A stretch of DNA of 63,870 nucleotides, filler included, from Octopus bimaculoides (taxonomy: Eukaryota), in assembly GCF_001194135.2 (NCBI RefSeq). It is 4 parts of 4 records of this genome, joined end to end, with 100 filler letters (N's around TTAATTAATTAA, not from the genome) between each part and the next. Parts side by side here need not be neighbours in the genome. Positions count along the whole stretch, not along the records: positions 1 to 22,238 come from NC_068986.1; positions 22,339 to 40,777 come from NC_068991.1; 2 more parts are not named here. One strand, written 5' to 3'. This document shows, one piece after another, positions 12,446 through 25,205 of this stretch (position 1 is its first letter; each line of letters starts with the position of its first letter). The translations under genes were made by a program, and so were the position numbers. The notes beneath the pieces are model-generated. The model saw nothing but the letters and a program-made list of their open reading frames with translations, was not told where the DNA came from and did not search any database.

Positions 12446-13459
12446 CTGCAATATATATATAATACATATAAATATATATAAATGAAGAAAGATACACACA
12501 CACATACACACGCACACACACACACACACACCCACCNNNNNNNNNNNNNNNNNNNNNNNNNNNNNNNNNNNNNNNNNNNNNNNNNNNNNNNNNNNNNNNN
12601 NNNNNNNNNNNNNNNNNNNNNNNNNNNNNNNNNNNNTATATATAGGAGAGGGAAAATTGTTAATGTAAAATAACGAAGAAAAAACATTGACGCATTTGAA
12701 TAAGAATAAAGCGAAAAGAAATTCGATAGAAATACGGAAAAAACGTTTTACACCCTGAAACCATCCTAAGTTCTTCATTAATATAGTAACCTTCAAATGT
12801 GGATTGTTATAGATAATGGCAGAGAGATTACATCTTTTGTGTAGATAAATGTTTTGTATAGGTGTGAAATTAGTTACCGGCATTGCGATTATTTATTTAT
12901 GATCAGGAGTGTTCATGGAACGTTATTTCGTTATTTTTGGTGAAACTTGTATTGAATGATAAGAAACTCACGTTGTGGAAAATATGGACAAAATCCAAAT
13001 TGTTGAATGTGTTTCTATTCATTCTTCCTCCATGTAAAGTTCTTTTTTTTTTCTTTTTTGTCAGAACTCTTTTATTACGTTCAAGTTTTTTTTTTTCGTT
13101 TTTCCTATTCAATTTTCTGTCGCTTCATGAAACAGAGAAGAAAAATGTATATATGTGAACAATAAAATACAGTTAATTTCAAAAGAGCGAGAGGGAGAGA
13201 GTGGGGGAGAGAATGACCTTTGGAAACAAATATTTTAGTATGCTTGTTATCATGCACGCGCCATTGGCACATACACGTATATACACCTACATGTACGCTA
13301 ACAAATATACATATATTCATATATACCTACCTACCTACCTACATACATAAATACATGCATGCACATATATATATATAAATATATACATATATAAATATAT
13401 ATATACGTATGAATATATATATATATGTGTTTGTATGTGTATATTTATGTGTATCTCTG

Positions 13460-13526
<67 letters not shown>

Positions 13527-14100
13527 GTGTGTGTACATGTGTGTGTCCGTTCGTCTGTGTGTATGCATGTATGTAAGTATATTATAGTTGATACGAAGCA
13601 TTGTGAAACAGCATGAGAATGTTTAAGAAAGCCACAACAAAAGAAGTTCGATATAAAATAGCGAAAATCGAAGAGAAAACGCAAGCAAAACAATAGCAAA
13701 TGTTTAAAAGTTTACTTCGTAAGTTCCGCCATATTTCAAACTTTACATTACATGACATATTCTTCTGAAAATATTCCTACTTTGTTGATGGTTAATGTGT
13801 ATATATCTTTGACGCGTGGACCGGCTTACAGACAAGTAATTTTCAATGAGTACTCTCTGAGTATCAACATTATGAACAACCGTTTCTAAGTGTCGCATGT
13901 GAAATCGAAATGTTTGTCTTATTATAACTACGATACAGTTTATATATAATTTTTTTTAAATTTATATACAAGGCCACCATATTTGAAAATAAGGTTTCCC
14001 TGCATCTCATCGATCCACTGCTTGATTGATACTCTATTTTTTGGCGAAAATGCGAAGGTGACATCGGTACGTGTAAGAATCCAGAAAGTATTCTCTCGTA

Positions 14101-14174
14101 GACGTGCATATGGCGTAGTTGTTAAGAGCGCGGGCTACTAACCCCAATATTCCGAGTTCGATTCCAGGCAGTGA

Positions 14175-14214
<40 letters not shown>
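14101..14214 (+). pseudogene. tRNA-like head-only retrocopy with an (AAT)n tail
   Basis: A-box-like TGGCGTAGTTGTTAAG, loop CT-ACT-AA and B-box GAGTTCGATTCC. The T and acceptor stems pair poorly, and (AAT)n follows immediately. Confidence 0.6.
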
Positions 14215-14215
<1 letters not shown>

Positions 14216-14218
14216 GAA

Positions 14219-14930
14219 ATATCTGCAGTTTTCTGTGAATATTTTGAATTTCCCTCAAAATAAGTTAAGGAACTTACATATCTACAGCTTTGGACATACA
14301 CACGAACACCTAAAAAACAAATTTAGAATCTTTAATAGCTCCAATTTTGTGTGAACACTTTGACTTCCTTTCTTTCCTGACTGACAGAATATGTAAACAT
14401 GCCTTTTATTGTAACATCACAATTAAATGCACGTTAAAAAAATGGAAGTCATTACCTGCCAATATATACATATTGTACAACTACAAAAACTGTAAATCAC
14501 AGCGAAACATTTTTAAAAGAAAAGAAGACAATCCCCCCCCCGAAAAAAATTCAGAAATTCAAAAATCCAACGATGGGAACATTACTTCCACCCACTATTT
14601 CCAAGGACTGGGATATCTACAATTTCCTGTGAATATTTAAAATCTCCCTCAAAATAAAATAAGTTAGGAAACTTACGTACCGACAGCTTTCAAACACACA
14701 AACGATCAGCTTTAAAAAAAAAACCCCATTTAATATCTACAACTAATGAAATTAGGAGTGGCTGTGTAGTAAGTAACTTCCTTACCAACCACATGGTTCC
14801 GGGTTCAGTCCCACTGCGTAGCATGTTGGTCAAGTGTCTTCTATTATAGCCTCGGGGCGACCAAAGCCTTGTGAGTGGATTTGGTAGACGGAAACTGAAA
14901 GAGGCCCGTCACACACACGCACACACACAC

Positions 14931-14964
<34 letters not shown>

Positions 14965-15540
14965 TCGCGTTTCTGTGTTTGTCCCCCACCATCAGTGCTT
15001 GATAACCGATGCTGGTGCGTTTATGTCCCCGTAACTTAGCGGTTCGGCAAAAGAGATCTATAGAATAAGTACTAGGCTTACAAAGAATAAGTCCTGCGGT
15101 CGATTTGTTCGACTAAAGGCGGGCTCCAGCATGGCCACTGTCAAGATGACCGAAACAAATACAAGAATAAAAGAATAAAAGAATAATATGTGACGACTTA
15201 TCCTTTCCTCTCTTCCTGAGTATTCGAAAATGTAAACATCATCTTCCTTTTTATTCTAAGATCACTACCATTTCTCACTGTGCGGTCATACAAAAGACCA
15301 TATTTAGTAAACCTTAAAACTTTACTATCTACAACTTATTTTCTTTTACTCTTGACTCTTCCTGAGCATTCGAAAATGTAAACATCTTTTTCAACGCAAA
15401 AGTCCTACTGTATTCTCCACCTGGACACATAAACGAGCACCTCAAGAAAACTTTAAAACTTTAATATATTATTCAAATACGTAAACATACCTTTTATTGC
15501 ACCAGCACAATTGAATTCAGAAATTCAAAAAATTATCGAC
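14219..15540. repeat. Degenerate complex tandem-repeat region interrupted by a SINE
   Basis: The ~130 bp starting at 14219 recurs at 14613 (period 394). A 31-bp segment recurs at 15210 and 15356. gtaaacat.ccttttattg and aattcagaaattcaaaa recur at 14393/15481 and near 14548/15515. Confidence 0.6.
14755..15187 (+). mobile_element. SINE-like family A, full-length copy with an internal microsatellite
   Basis: tRNA-like head (ggagtggctgtgtagtaag..gggttcagtccc), CORE-like tggtcaagtgtcttcta, internal (CA)/(TATG)n, 3' module and (AAAAGAAT)n tail; near-identical to 32442 and 44615. Confidence 0.85.
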
Positions 15541-15587
15541 GTGAATATCAGAATATATGTGTGTGTGTATACATATACATATATATA

Positions 15588-15640
<53 letters not shown>

Positions 15641-16056
15641 ATTATTATTATTGTTGTTTTTTTCTACCAGTAATTACAAATAGATCAAGTCGAATTGCTT
15701 CTTTTCAAAGCAGTGCTCCCAGTATCCTCTGGTAGTAGTAAACACATTTGACGTCTGCTGACCTAAAAGGTGCGAAGAGTCCTTTGTCTCTATGACTGAC
15801 CTCCCCAACATCTGCCGAATCTATTTCTAGACCTGTAGAATATGAGACCTTTTAACCACCTGCTCTATAATATCATTCTTATTTAATAGAATCACATCAT
15901 CGAAATCACAGAGTTACGAGATAATGCCTGATTAATTCAAAATAATGTGAATAAATAAGGATTAGATTTGACAGAGTAATCTGAAGGCTAAAGGGGTACA
16001 TACACTTTATTATCTCCCCTTCTTCCTAGCTCTCCTGTGTGACCCCTCTGTCCGGC

Positions 16057-16226
16057 ATTCACCATGATTGATCGCTAGCCAACAAACCTTTTCTAATGTT
16101 CCTTTATGTCGAAGAGCGTACGCTCGAAACGTGAAAGACTTTCTCACCTCCCAAGCGTTAAACTAATATATCTGTTTCTTGTTTACACACCCGTCTTTTT
16201 CTTTTGTAAATTTTGTAAATTCTCAC
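16057..16226 (+). mobile_element. Hammerhead-bearing element F1 (motif at 16102-16137)
   Basis: cuuu-AUGUCGA-A-GAGC-guac-GCUC-GAAAC-GUG-aaag, with the same flanks as the other F1 copies. Confidence 0.6.
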
Positions 16227-16269
16227 TATATGTGTGTGTGCGCGCGCCAGTTTGTGACTTTGTGGCTGA

Positions 16270-16485
16270 GTTTCTTTCCCACAACTGCGTGGCCACCGGT
16301 GTGGGTGTCCTTACGCCACCGTAAGGTAGTTTTTTGGAAAAAGTGATCCATAGGATAAGCACCAGGCTTTAAAAAAAAATTATAAGAATTAGCGCCGGTC
16401 AAATCGACTAAATACAAATTGTGAAAGGTGTTGCTCCAGGATGGGCGCATTCTAATGACTGAAACTAGTAAGTGTCAAAAGATAC
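16270..16485 (+). mobile_element. Family A, diverged 3' half
   Basis: accggtgtgggtgtccttacg..gataagcaccaggctt..tcgacta..tgctccaggatgg..aatgactgaaactagtaa. Confidence 0.55.
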
Positions 16486-17145
16486 TTGTAGATTTATTTA
16501 TTTTTTTTGTATATGTAATGAATGCGTTACGTTGCTGCTGAAAGACATCGTGTTTCTAAGCAATTATGAATAGTGAGTCAGTATTATCAGACGAATCTAA
16601 TGTGAATCATAGAAGCGTTGACAACACTGTTATTCATATTTATAACCCGTTCAAAAGACATGGATTTCACTCGAGAATAAAATCGATTGAATTGACTCAG
16701 TTCTTGAGTAATACTTATTTCATACACCTGACAATGATGAAAGGGAAAAATCAATTTTCGACTGCTTTCAACGTAAAGGGTAGAAATACATAATTAGGTA
16801 CCTGAAACCATTTCGTCATCCCTGTATGATGAAGGACAACATCGAGTCAGGCGTGAATTCAATTTCAATGTAAAGGAATATAATTAGATATATCGTGCTA
16901 TTTTGTCTCGCTCTTGCTTCATCTTACCTTATGCTATGTCTTGTAAGCCTCTATTATTAATCAGTTTCCATTGATCCACATACGTGAGACTAAGGGGAAA
17001 TTCATGTGTTGAGATCTAGAGCTTCTCTATTATAATGTTTAAATATTTCGTGTTTTAATTCGCTCTTTGTATATTGAGAGGATCATAATGCCAGTAATAA
17101 GCACACGCTCGGTTTCCATTTCACGCCTCTGTTATTTTTCAACAA

Positions 17146-17287
17146 GTGAGACTGTGTGGTAAGAGCTTTGTTTCCCAGCATGGCTCCGGATTCTGTCTCA
17201 CTGCTGGGCACTTTGCGGGAGTCCCTTCTGCTATAGCCTCAGGCCGATCAAGGGCTTGTAAGTGGATTTGGCGGAGATGAAAGAAGC

Positions 17288-17324
<37 letters not shown>
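17146..17324 (+). mobile_element. Family A, 5' half running into (TA)n and a gap
   Basis: gactgtgtggtaag..ctatagcctcaggccgatcaagggcttgtaagtggatttgg..gaaagaagccc(TA)n. Confidence 0.7.
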
Positions 17325-18240
17325 NNNNNNNNNNNNNNNNNNNNNNNNNNNNNNNNNNNNNNNNNNNNNNNNNNNNNNNNNNNNNNNNNNNNNNNNNNNN
17401 NNNNNNNNNNNNNNNNNNNNNNNNNNNNNNNNNNNNNNNNNNNNNNNNNNNNNNNNNNNNNNNNNNNNNNNNNNNNNNNNNNNNNNNNNNNNNNNNNNNN
17501 NNNNNNNNNNNNNNNNNNNNNNNNNNNNNNNNNNNNNNNNNNNNNNNNNNNNNNNNNNNNNNNNNNNNNNNNNNNNNNNNNNNNNNNNNNNNNNNNNNNN
17601 NNNNNNNNNNNNNNNNNNNNNNNNNNNNNNNNNNNNNNNNNNNNNNNNNNNNNNNNNNNNNNNNNNNNNNNNNNNNNNNNNNNNNNNNNNNNNNNNNNNN
17701 NNNNNNNNNNNNNNNNNNNNNNNNNNNNNNNNNNNNNNNNNNNNNNNNNNNNNNNNNNNNNNNNNNNNNNNNNNNNNNNNNNNNNNNNNNNNNNNNNNNN
17801 NNNNNNNNNNNNNNNNNNNNNNNNNNNNNNNNNNNNNNNNNNNNNNNNNNNNNNNNNNNNNNNNNNNNNNNNNNNNNNNNNNNNNNNNNNNNNNNNNNNN
17901 NNNNNNNNNNNNNNNNNNNNNNNNNNNNNNNNNNNNNNNNNNNNNNNNNNNNNNNNNNNNNNNNNNNNNNNNNNNNNNNNNNNNNNNNNNNNNNNNNNNN
18001 NNNNNNNNNNNNNNNNNNNNNNNNNNNNNNNNNNNNNNNNNNNNNNNNNNNNNNNNNNNNNNNNNNNNNNNNNNNNNNNNNNNNNNNNNNNNNNNNNNNN
18101 NNNNNNNNNNNNNNNNNNNNNNNNNNNNNNNNNNNNNNNNNNNNNNNNNNNNNNNNNNNNNNNNNNNNNNNNNNNNNNNNNNNNNNNNNNNNNNNNNNNN
18201 NNNNNNNNNNNNNNNNNNNNNNNNNCTATAGTAGAAAGGA

Positions 18241-18252
18241 TTATTATTATTA

Positions 18253-18316
<64 letters not shown>

Positions 18317-18329
18317 TATTATTATTATT
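18241..18329. repeat. (ATT/ATC)n microsatellite
   Basis: Direct reading. Confidence 0.95.
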
Positions 18330-19159
18330 TCTCTTTATCACAGGTTTTGTTGGGGCTCCAGGAGTCTTATATGCGTAGTGGGGTTGCTACCTACAACGCC
18401 GGACAAAATGATTATCAGCATTTCGTTCAAATTCTGGTGGGGGTCATCAGTCTTGCATCGTCTTCAAAGCGTTGCAATAAATACCAATTGGGGTCTACGG
18501 TCGACGTATACAATTACCAACCGTCCCACCAAAGTTTATGCTTTTACCCTTAGTAGAAAGAGATTTTTTAATTGTTGTTGTAATCGTTGTTTTGTTTGTT
18601 GATCTTGTTATTCAATATGTATAAAATCGTTTAATATCATTGGAAGAATAGTTGTTGCAAAATAACGGATGCTACACATGTAATCTAAAAATATCTTACA
18701 AGGATTAGCAGAAACATGATGGAATTAAGTTGGAAACTGTTTAGTCAAATATCTGACGATAACGATGTATATATGTAAAATATATGTAAATGAAAGCGCA
18801 AAATAAGCGAGAAATTCTAGATACGCATATGTGAGAATATATATTTAAATAAACGTTCAAAAACAGCGCATGCATTTGTGTATGTCCATTAGTCCGTGTT
18901 TGTATGCACGTATGTATGCATAATATTTATATACATATGTACATCCATACTAATTTATATACGTATATATAGACACTTGACATAAATATATAGGTAAGTA
19001 TTTAGACATACGTATACATGTACACACGCGTTATCATAAATTTTACGCACACACATAGATTCGCTCATTGAATTTAGTGAGGCACCTCAAGATAACTGAA
19101 ACAAAAATGGCAAAAGTATTATTATGAAAGCGCTCACTCTCATAAGTTGCACATACATA

Positions 19160-19218
19160 TTATCTATCTATCTATATATCTATCTGTCTGTTTGCTTGTC
19201 TGTTTGTTTGTCTGTCTG

Positions 19219-19286
<68 letters not shown>

Positions 19287-19300
19287 CCTACCTACTTATC
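19160..19300. repeat. (TCTA/TCTG)n microsatellite
   Basis: Direct reading. Confidence 0.95.
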
Positions 19301-19989
19301 TATCAATATGTTTGTTCACATGGACAGATACACTCACAAATATAAATACGTATAAAACTTTGATGTTTTCGTAAATGAAGCAATATTATGTTAAAATGAC
19401 TATTTAGGTATCGTTATTAACACCTACTCCGTGTGGAGAGGCATGGCGGTTTGAGTTTCGTCTAAGAGTAAATATTATATATTTCAATAGACGTGCTCTG
19501 TTACGGATGCAATATATATCACAGTGAGAGGACAAGTCGTCGCAGCAGTGTTTCAGGAAAGGGCCAGAATATTTCCAACATCCTTGAAACTTGTCTATTA
19601 CTGTTGTGGATGATACTACTCTTACACCCTTGTGCAGAACCCAACGTCGTCAAATCATTATTGGCGACGACATAACAATTACGTATGCTCGCAATCACTT
19701 ATCCAAATGAAATCTGCCACTTCCAGTATGTGAGAAACGTTGAGCAATACATTCACTGATACTGCGAGAAACTGCCGGGCTGAAAAAAAAATCTTAGTGT
19801 GCTCTACTGAAACAGGTTTCAGATAAAATAACCGTCCATGTAGAATATGAATCGTACATACATCGTTGAGAGGGATGTTCCATTGCATCGGTAAATATTC
19901 TTTTATCATTGTTGTCGTTATCATAGGTGCAGAGATAGCTGTATTGTAAAGGGTTTGCTTCTCAACTGCAATGTATGACATGTCGAAAA

Positions 19990-20217
19990 CAGCCCTGTCA
20001 GTGGATTTGGTTGACGGAAACTGAAAAAGTTCGCCGTATGCATAAATACACGCACACACACACACGAACATACACACACACACACACACACGCACNNNNN
20101 NNNNNNNNNNNNNNNNNNNNNNNNNNNNNNNNNNNNNNNNNNNNNNNNNNNNNNNNNNNNNNNNNNNNNNNNNNNNNNNNNNNNNNNNNNNNNNNNNNNN
20201 NNNNNNNNNNNNNNNNN

Positions 20218-20254
<37 letters not shown>

Positions 20255-20500
20255 ACACACACACACACAAAATTTACCAGGCTAAATATGTGTGTGTACT
20301 TGTGTTTATGTCTGTTTGTGCCCCCCTCTCACTTCAAAACCTGCGTTGGTGTATTTACGTCTCATTTTGTGATTTTGTGAAAAAATGAACGATTAAATAA
20401 GTACGAAGATTAAAACAATTTAAAAACAAAATAAAGAACTTGTGGCGCCGATTCATTCGGAGAAAAAAATCCTGAAGACGGTACCGTAGCTTGGGAGCAG
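19990..20500 (+). mobile_element. Family A, degenerate copy with an internal (CA)n and gap
   Basis: gtggatttggttgacggaaactgaaaaag, then a CA run and gap, then gtttgtgcccccc..ttggtgtatttacgtc..aataagtac. Confidence 0.55.
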
Positions 20501-20689
20501 CGACGTTTAAGAACAAAAGTTAGTTTGGTCTAATTAGTGAAATATACAGAGTCCCCTGAAAAAAAATGCCTATAGTCTTCAGGAAAATAAAAATCTGTAT
20601 AAATATTTTAATTCATTGTTATTGGAATTTATTCCATATTTATATAGGTAATTAAGTTGTCTGTTTCTTCTTATAAGGGCCGCTTTCCC

Positions 20690-20925
20690 GGTAGGTTCCC
20701 CACATGGATGGGACGTCGGTCCGTCAGACGTGAGCTTGCTAGATGCAGGAGGAAAGAGTGGTAGAAAATTGTGACGAAAGAGAAAGTAGAATTTCACCAT
20801 TTACCTTCTTCCGGAACCGCGAGGAGCTTAGGTGTTTCGCTCACAAACACTCTAATCACCCGGTCAGAGATTCGAACCCGCAATCCCTCGATCGCGATTC
20901 TGCTGCTCTAGGCTATGTGCCTCCA
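20690..20925 (-). mobile_element. Family C-like tRNA SINE, diverged
   Basis: gagcttaggtgtttcgctcacaaacactc..cccggtcagagattcgaacccgcaatccc..gtgcctccac is the reverse complement of the family C head and body. Confidence 0.6.
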
Positions 20926-21823
20926 CAGCAGTACTTATACAAGTTAAATATTTATTCAGATTTGTCCTTTCCTGAAGTATGCATTCATTTTTTGGCGGAC
21001 ACTGTATATGTTTACAAGTGTATGTCTGTGGTGGTGATGGTAGTGGTGGTGGTGGCTTGTGCGTTCGTGTTTGTATGTTAGTGATCATAGTTGTGTGTAT
21101 TTAAGCATATATATATATGTGCACATATCTATTCAACACACACACACACACACACACACACTTGTAAACATATATTTGTATATCAAAGTGTATTTATGTA
21201 TGTAATTTTCCTTCACACTACAACAAATATCAAATCTTAACACATTGTAACAAATATATTCTCATCTCATCGTAATGTACTAATGTATTGTTTATAATGA
21301 AAAAAAAAAATGTAAAAGCAGCACATTTCCGAGGTTCGTGGACATTTCAACACCTTTCTAGTTTTTATTGTGACAATATAACATTTTAATGCCGCTTCAT
21401 CGTGAATGTAGTGAATTTTATATCCACTCACAGAATTATCACTGGGCCTGCTATGTTTGTGTTAGGTATACTTGTTTTCTGTTAAAAGGAGTTCAATAAT
21501 GAATATTCTTGGTTTTGTGTAGAATAACATAATATTGATGTACGGACTATCGATCTTCATGATATAATTAGGTCCTCACCCAAGATCAGTATCATAACTG
21601 CAAGAAGGAAATTCGCTTAGCGGATGCAGACCCAGGTTCAGCCAGAATGTTCAAAGCATTTTTATCCCCGCTTCCACCAACTTTTGCGGGGTAAGCTTGC
21701 AGCCCGTTCTCGCCCAGCAAGCGATTTTCTCGAGCCGATGATCAGAGTCGATGGAACAAAAACGAGAATGTATACTCAGGTCGAGTACATCCACCGTCTT
21801 CTTCATATGTATTATATGTAAAT

Positions 21824-22220
21824 GCGGCGAGCTGGCAGAAACGTTAACACGTCGGGCGAAATGAATAGCAGTATTTCGTCTGCTGTTACGTTCTGAGTTC
21901 TAAATTCAGCCGAGGTCGACTTTGCCTTTCATCCTTCCGGGGTCGATAAATTAAGTACCAGTTACGCACTGGGGTCGATGTAATCGGCTTAATTCCTTTG
22001 TCTGTCCTTGTTTGTCCCCTCTATGTTTAGCCCCTTGTGGGTAATAAAGAAATAAGAAACGTTAGCACGCTGGGCGAAATGCTTAGCAGTATTCCGCCCG
22101 TCGTTCAAATTCCATCGAGGTCGACTTTGCCTTTCATCCAATCGAGATTGGTTGAATGATCTAATCGACTGGCACCCTCCCCCAAAAAAGTTCGAGCCTT
22201 GAGCATGGAGTAGAAAAGAA
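21824..22220 (+). mobile_element. Family B SINE dimer (full copy plus a second copy with a different 3' end)
   Basis: gcggcgagctggcagaa..gttctgagttc.aaattc.gccgaggtcgactttgcctttcatcc..ggggtcgataaattaagtaccag..aataaagaaataagaa, then immediately acgttagcacg.. again. ATATGTATTATAT flanks the pair at 21805 and 22220. Confidence 0.85.
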
Positions 22221-22238
22221 TATGTATTATATATATAA

Positions 22239-22338
22239 NNNNNNNNNNNNNNNNNNNNNNNNNNNNNNNNNNNNNNNNNNNNTTAATTAATTAANNNNNN
22301 NNNNNNNNNNNNNNNNNNNNNNNNNNNNNNNNNNNNNN
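22239..22338. other. Artificial assembly linker 44N-TTAATTAATTAA-44N
   Basis: Exactly 100 bp, identical to 40778-40877 and 60157-60256; the core gives stop codons in all six frames. Confidence 0.95.
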
Positions 22339-22638
22339 TGACGGACCGAACGTGCAATGTCGAAGGGTCTTGATAGATGCCCATTGACGCGAACTACCGA
22401 ACGGATGCCTCTGTACAAGGCAGCCATCCAGCCGCGGAAAATGGGACCGAAGCCGGCTGCTATGAGGACAGCCTCCAAGTATTGATGGTCTACCCTATCG
22501 AAAGCTTTCGATTGATCTAAATTGATCAGGGCCCCACCCATGCCAGGTTCCTTAACTACCCTCTCTATGATGTAGCGCATCAGATGGAGGTTGTCATGGA
22601 TGCTCCTGCCCGGCACCGCGCACGTTTGCGCCTTGCCG
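22339..22638 (-). mobile_element. Tx1/L1-clade non-LTR retrotransposon reverse-transcriptase fragment
   Basis: Stop-free translation [61 protein letters not shown], truncated by the linker just before the expected QGCPLSP motif. Confidence 0.9.
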
Positions 22639-22639
22639 G

Positions 22640-22739
22640 ATAGATAGATAGATAGGTAGGTAGATAGATAGATAGATAGATAGACAGACGGACTGACAGA
22701 CACGTAAATAGATACATAGATAGATAAATAGATAGATAA

Positions 22740-22805
<66 letters not shown>
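22640..22805. repeat. (TAGA)n microsatellite abutting the Tx1 fragment
   Basis: Direct reading. Confidence 0.95.
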
Positions 22806-23129
22806 GCAGTTACACATAAAATATACATCGGTTAATAATAAACAATTGTTTAAAATCCATTGTTTATTTTCCGTCAGTAATATCCTCAACGTAAACGAAA
22901 GTGAAACAGAAATAATCAAAAAACAAAATGAAACGCAAAAAGTAAACTGAAATAAATAAATAAATAAATAATAAATAATAAAACAAAATTAATAAAACAA
23001 TATCTTGTTATGAATGAAAAGCGTTGCACTTGCGCACCGTCGTTCTAATCGTTTCTCCTCACCATCTCATGTTAATACAAAAGATAGGAGAGAGAACTCA
23101 GACATCAAACTATCAATCACCATCGGGGA

Positions 23130-23141
23130 ATAATAATGATG

Positions 23142-23190
<49 letters not shown>

Positions 23191-23200
23191 TAATAATAAA
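23130..23200. repeat. (AAT)n microsatellite
   Basis: Direct reading. Confidence 0.95.
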
Positions 23201-23339
23201 AAGTAAGCAGCATCTTGTAAGTGGGAATAAATATCAATGGCTGCCACCGAGGCTGTCACTTATAGGCCTATGATCATGGATCGTTTGATCTAGTGATATA
23301 GTTAAAACGGCTCTGATTCTTTACATGTTGATGGATGTG

Positions 23340-23363
23340 TGTGCGCACGCGCGTGTTTTCACG

Positions 23364-23416
<53 letters not shown>

Positions 23417-23674
23417 TGTCTGTGGGAGCACAATAAACATACTTATGTATGTATGCATATTTATCTGTAAACGTGTGTGTATATATATATATATATATAT
23501 GTAAGGGCGAATATATGCCTCCACAGGTGTATGCAAATTGTCTACATACATGTTTATACATATGTATACAAACGCATATAAAAATACATTATATACGCTT
23601 CATGCATGTATATATGTACATACATGAATATATAGTTACATATATGTGTATCATACGTATATAAGTGACTATAA

Positions 23675-23723
<49 letters not shown>

Positions 23724-23974
23724 CGTCAGATACGTGTATATGCGTTATACATAAATATATATATATGTGCCTGCAAAAGTATGTTTATATTATTCGCGCG
23801 CGCACGTGTGTGTGTGTGTGTGTTTATCTATCTATATGCATGTTCCTAGAGGTATACTTGTCTGTATGTATGTTTGTGTATGTATGTATGTGTATGTATA
23901 TGCATGTATGTGTATGTATATGCATGTATGTGTATGTATGTATGTTTGTGTATGTATTCACACACACACACACA

Positions 23975-24006
<32 letters not shown>

Positions 24007-24158
24007 TACACACACACACACACGTATACACACCACACACGCGCACACATGATTTATGTTGAGCAGTGGAAGTGTGTTGGTGTATTCTATTTGATATATT
24101 GTTGATCAACAACTGCTCAGAAATGATTTCACAACTGACATATTTTATTGCAGCTCTC

Positions 24159-24217
<59 letters not shown>

Positions 24218-24921
24218 TACACACACACATTTACATACAAACAATCTTTCTCTCTCACTTTCTCTCTCTTTTCCTCTCGCTTTTTTTAAATACATACAGG
24301 CTACATATTCCGCTCGCATATACGCACACATATACACTTATATGAATGGGAAATACATATTCATATATCTTTACATAAAAATACATCTGCATAATACATA
24401 CTGTACTGTCTGCCTGTCTCCCGCAATACATAAGTATACATTATTCGTGCACACACACACATACATACACACACACGAACACACACACACACACAAACAC
24501 ACACATGTGTACGTGCTTATATTTATGCATACATTCGTAGCGTATTGGTCAATAACGTATGTAAAAGTAGGTGTAGACATATTTCGTATGTGTGTGTGTG
24601 TGTGCGTGTATACATACTTTCATATATATATNNNNNNNNNNNNNNNNNNNNNNNNNNNNNNNNNNNNNNNNNNNNNNNNNNNNNNNNNNNNNNNNNNNNN
24701 NNNNNNNNNNNNNNNNNNNNNNNNNNNNNNNNNNNNNNNNNNNNNNNNNNNNNNNNNNNNNNNNNNNNNNNNNNNNNNNNNNNNNNNNNNNNNNNNNNNN
24801 NNNNNNNNNNNNNNNNNNNNNNNNNNNNNNNNNNNNNNNNNNNNNNNNNNNNNNNNNNNNNNNNNNNNNNNNNNNNNNNNNNNNNNNNNNNNNNNNNNNN
24901 NNNNNNNNNNNNNNNNNNNNN

Positions 24922-24980
<59 letters not shown>
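23340..24980. repeat. Dense mosaic of (TCTA)n, (TA)n, (TG)n, (CA)n, (CT)n and (TATG)n
   Basis: Direct reading; this accounts for the many spurious ORFs here. Confidence 0.9.
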
Positions 24981-24984
<4 letters not shown>

Positions 24985-25158
24985 CACATATAATATATGT
25001 AAAGCGCGCACTTTTAGTAAACAGCTTGAATAGACTATAGATTCGAATTTCAGTAAACAAGTTTAGTAAACAAGATTTTTCTGTAAACAACAATATAATC
25101 TAGTAAAGATGGAAATGTTACAGACAGCAGCAGCCGCAGCAGCGACAGCAGCAACATC

Positions 25159-25205
<47 letters not shown>

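Noticed and set aside
14101-14177. Functional tRNA gene
   Set aside because: The acceptor and T stems do not pair, and an (AAT)n tail follows directly.
18347-18520. Integrin FG-GAP-like motif (FVGAPG / SYMRSG..QLGSTV)
   Set aside because: It needs a frameshift, the similarity is short and judged by eye, and no neighbouring integrin exons are seen.
21580-21740. Gypsy RT-like peptide on the minus strand (ENGLQAYPAKV..SFLQL)
   Set aside because: The spacing is wrong and no other LTR-element motifs lie nearby.
22283-22294. TTAATTAATTAA palindrome repeated three times (also at 40822 and 60201) as a biological site
   Set aside because: It always sits in the centre of exactly 44+44 Ns, so it is an assembler-inserted six-frame-stop linker.
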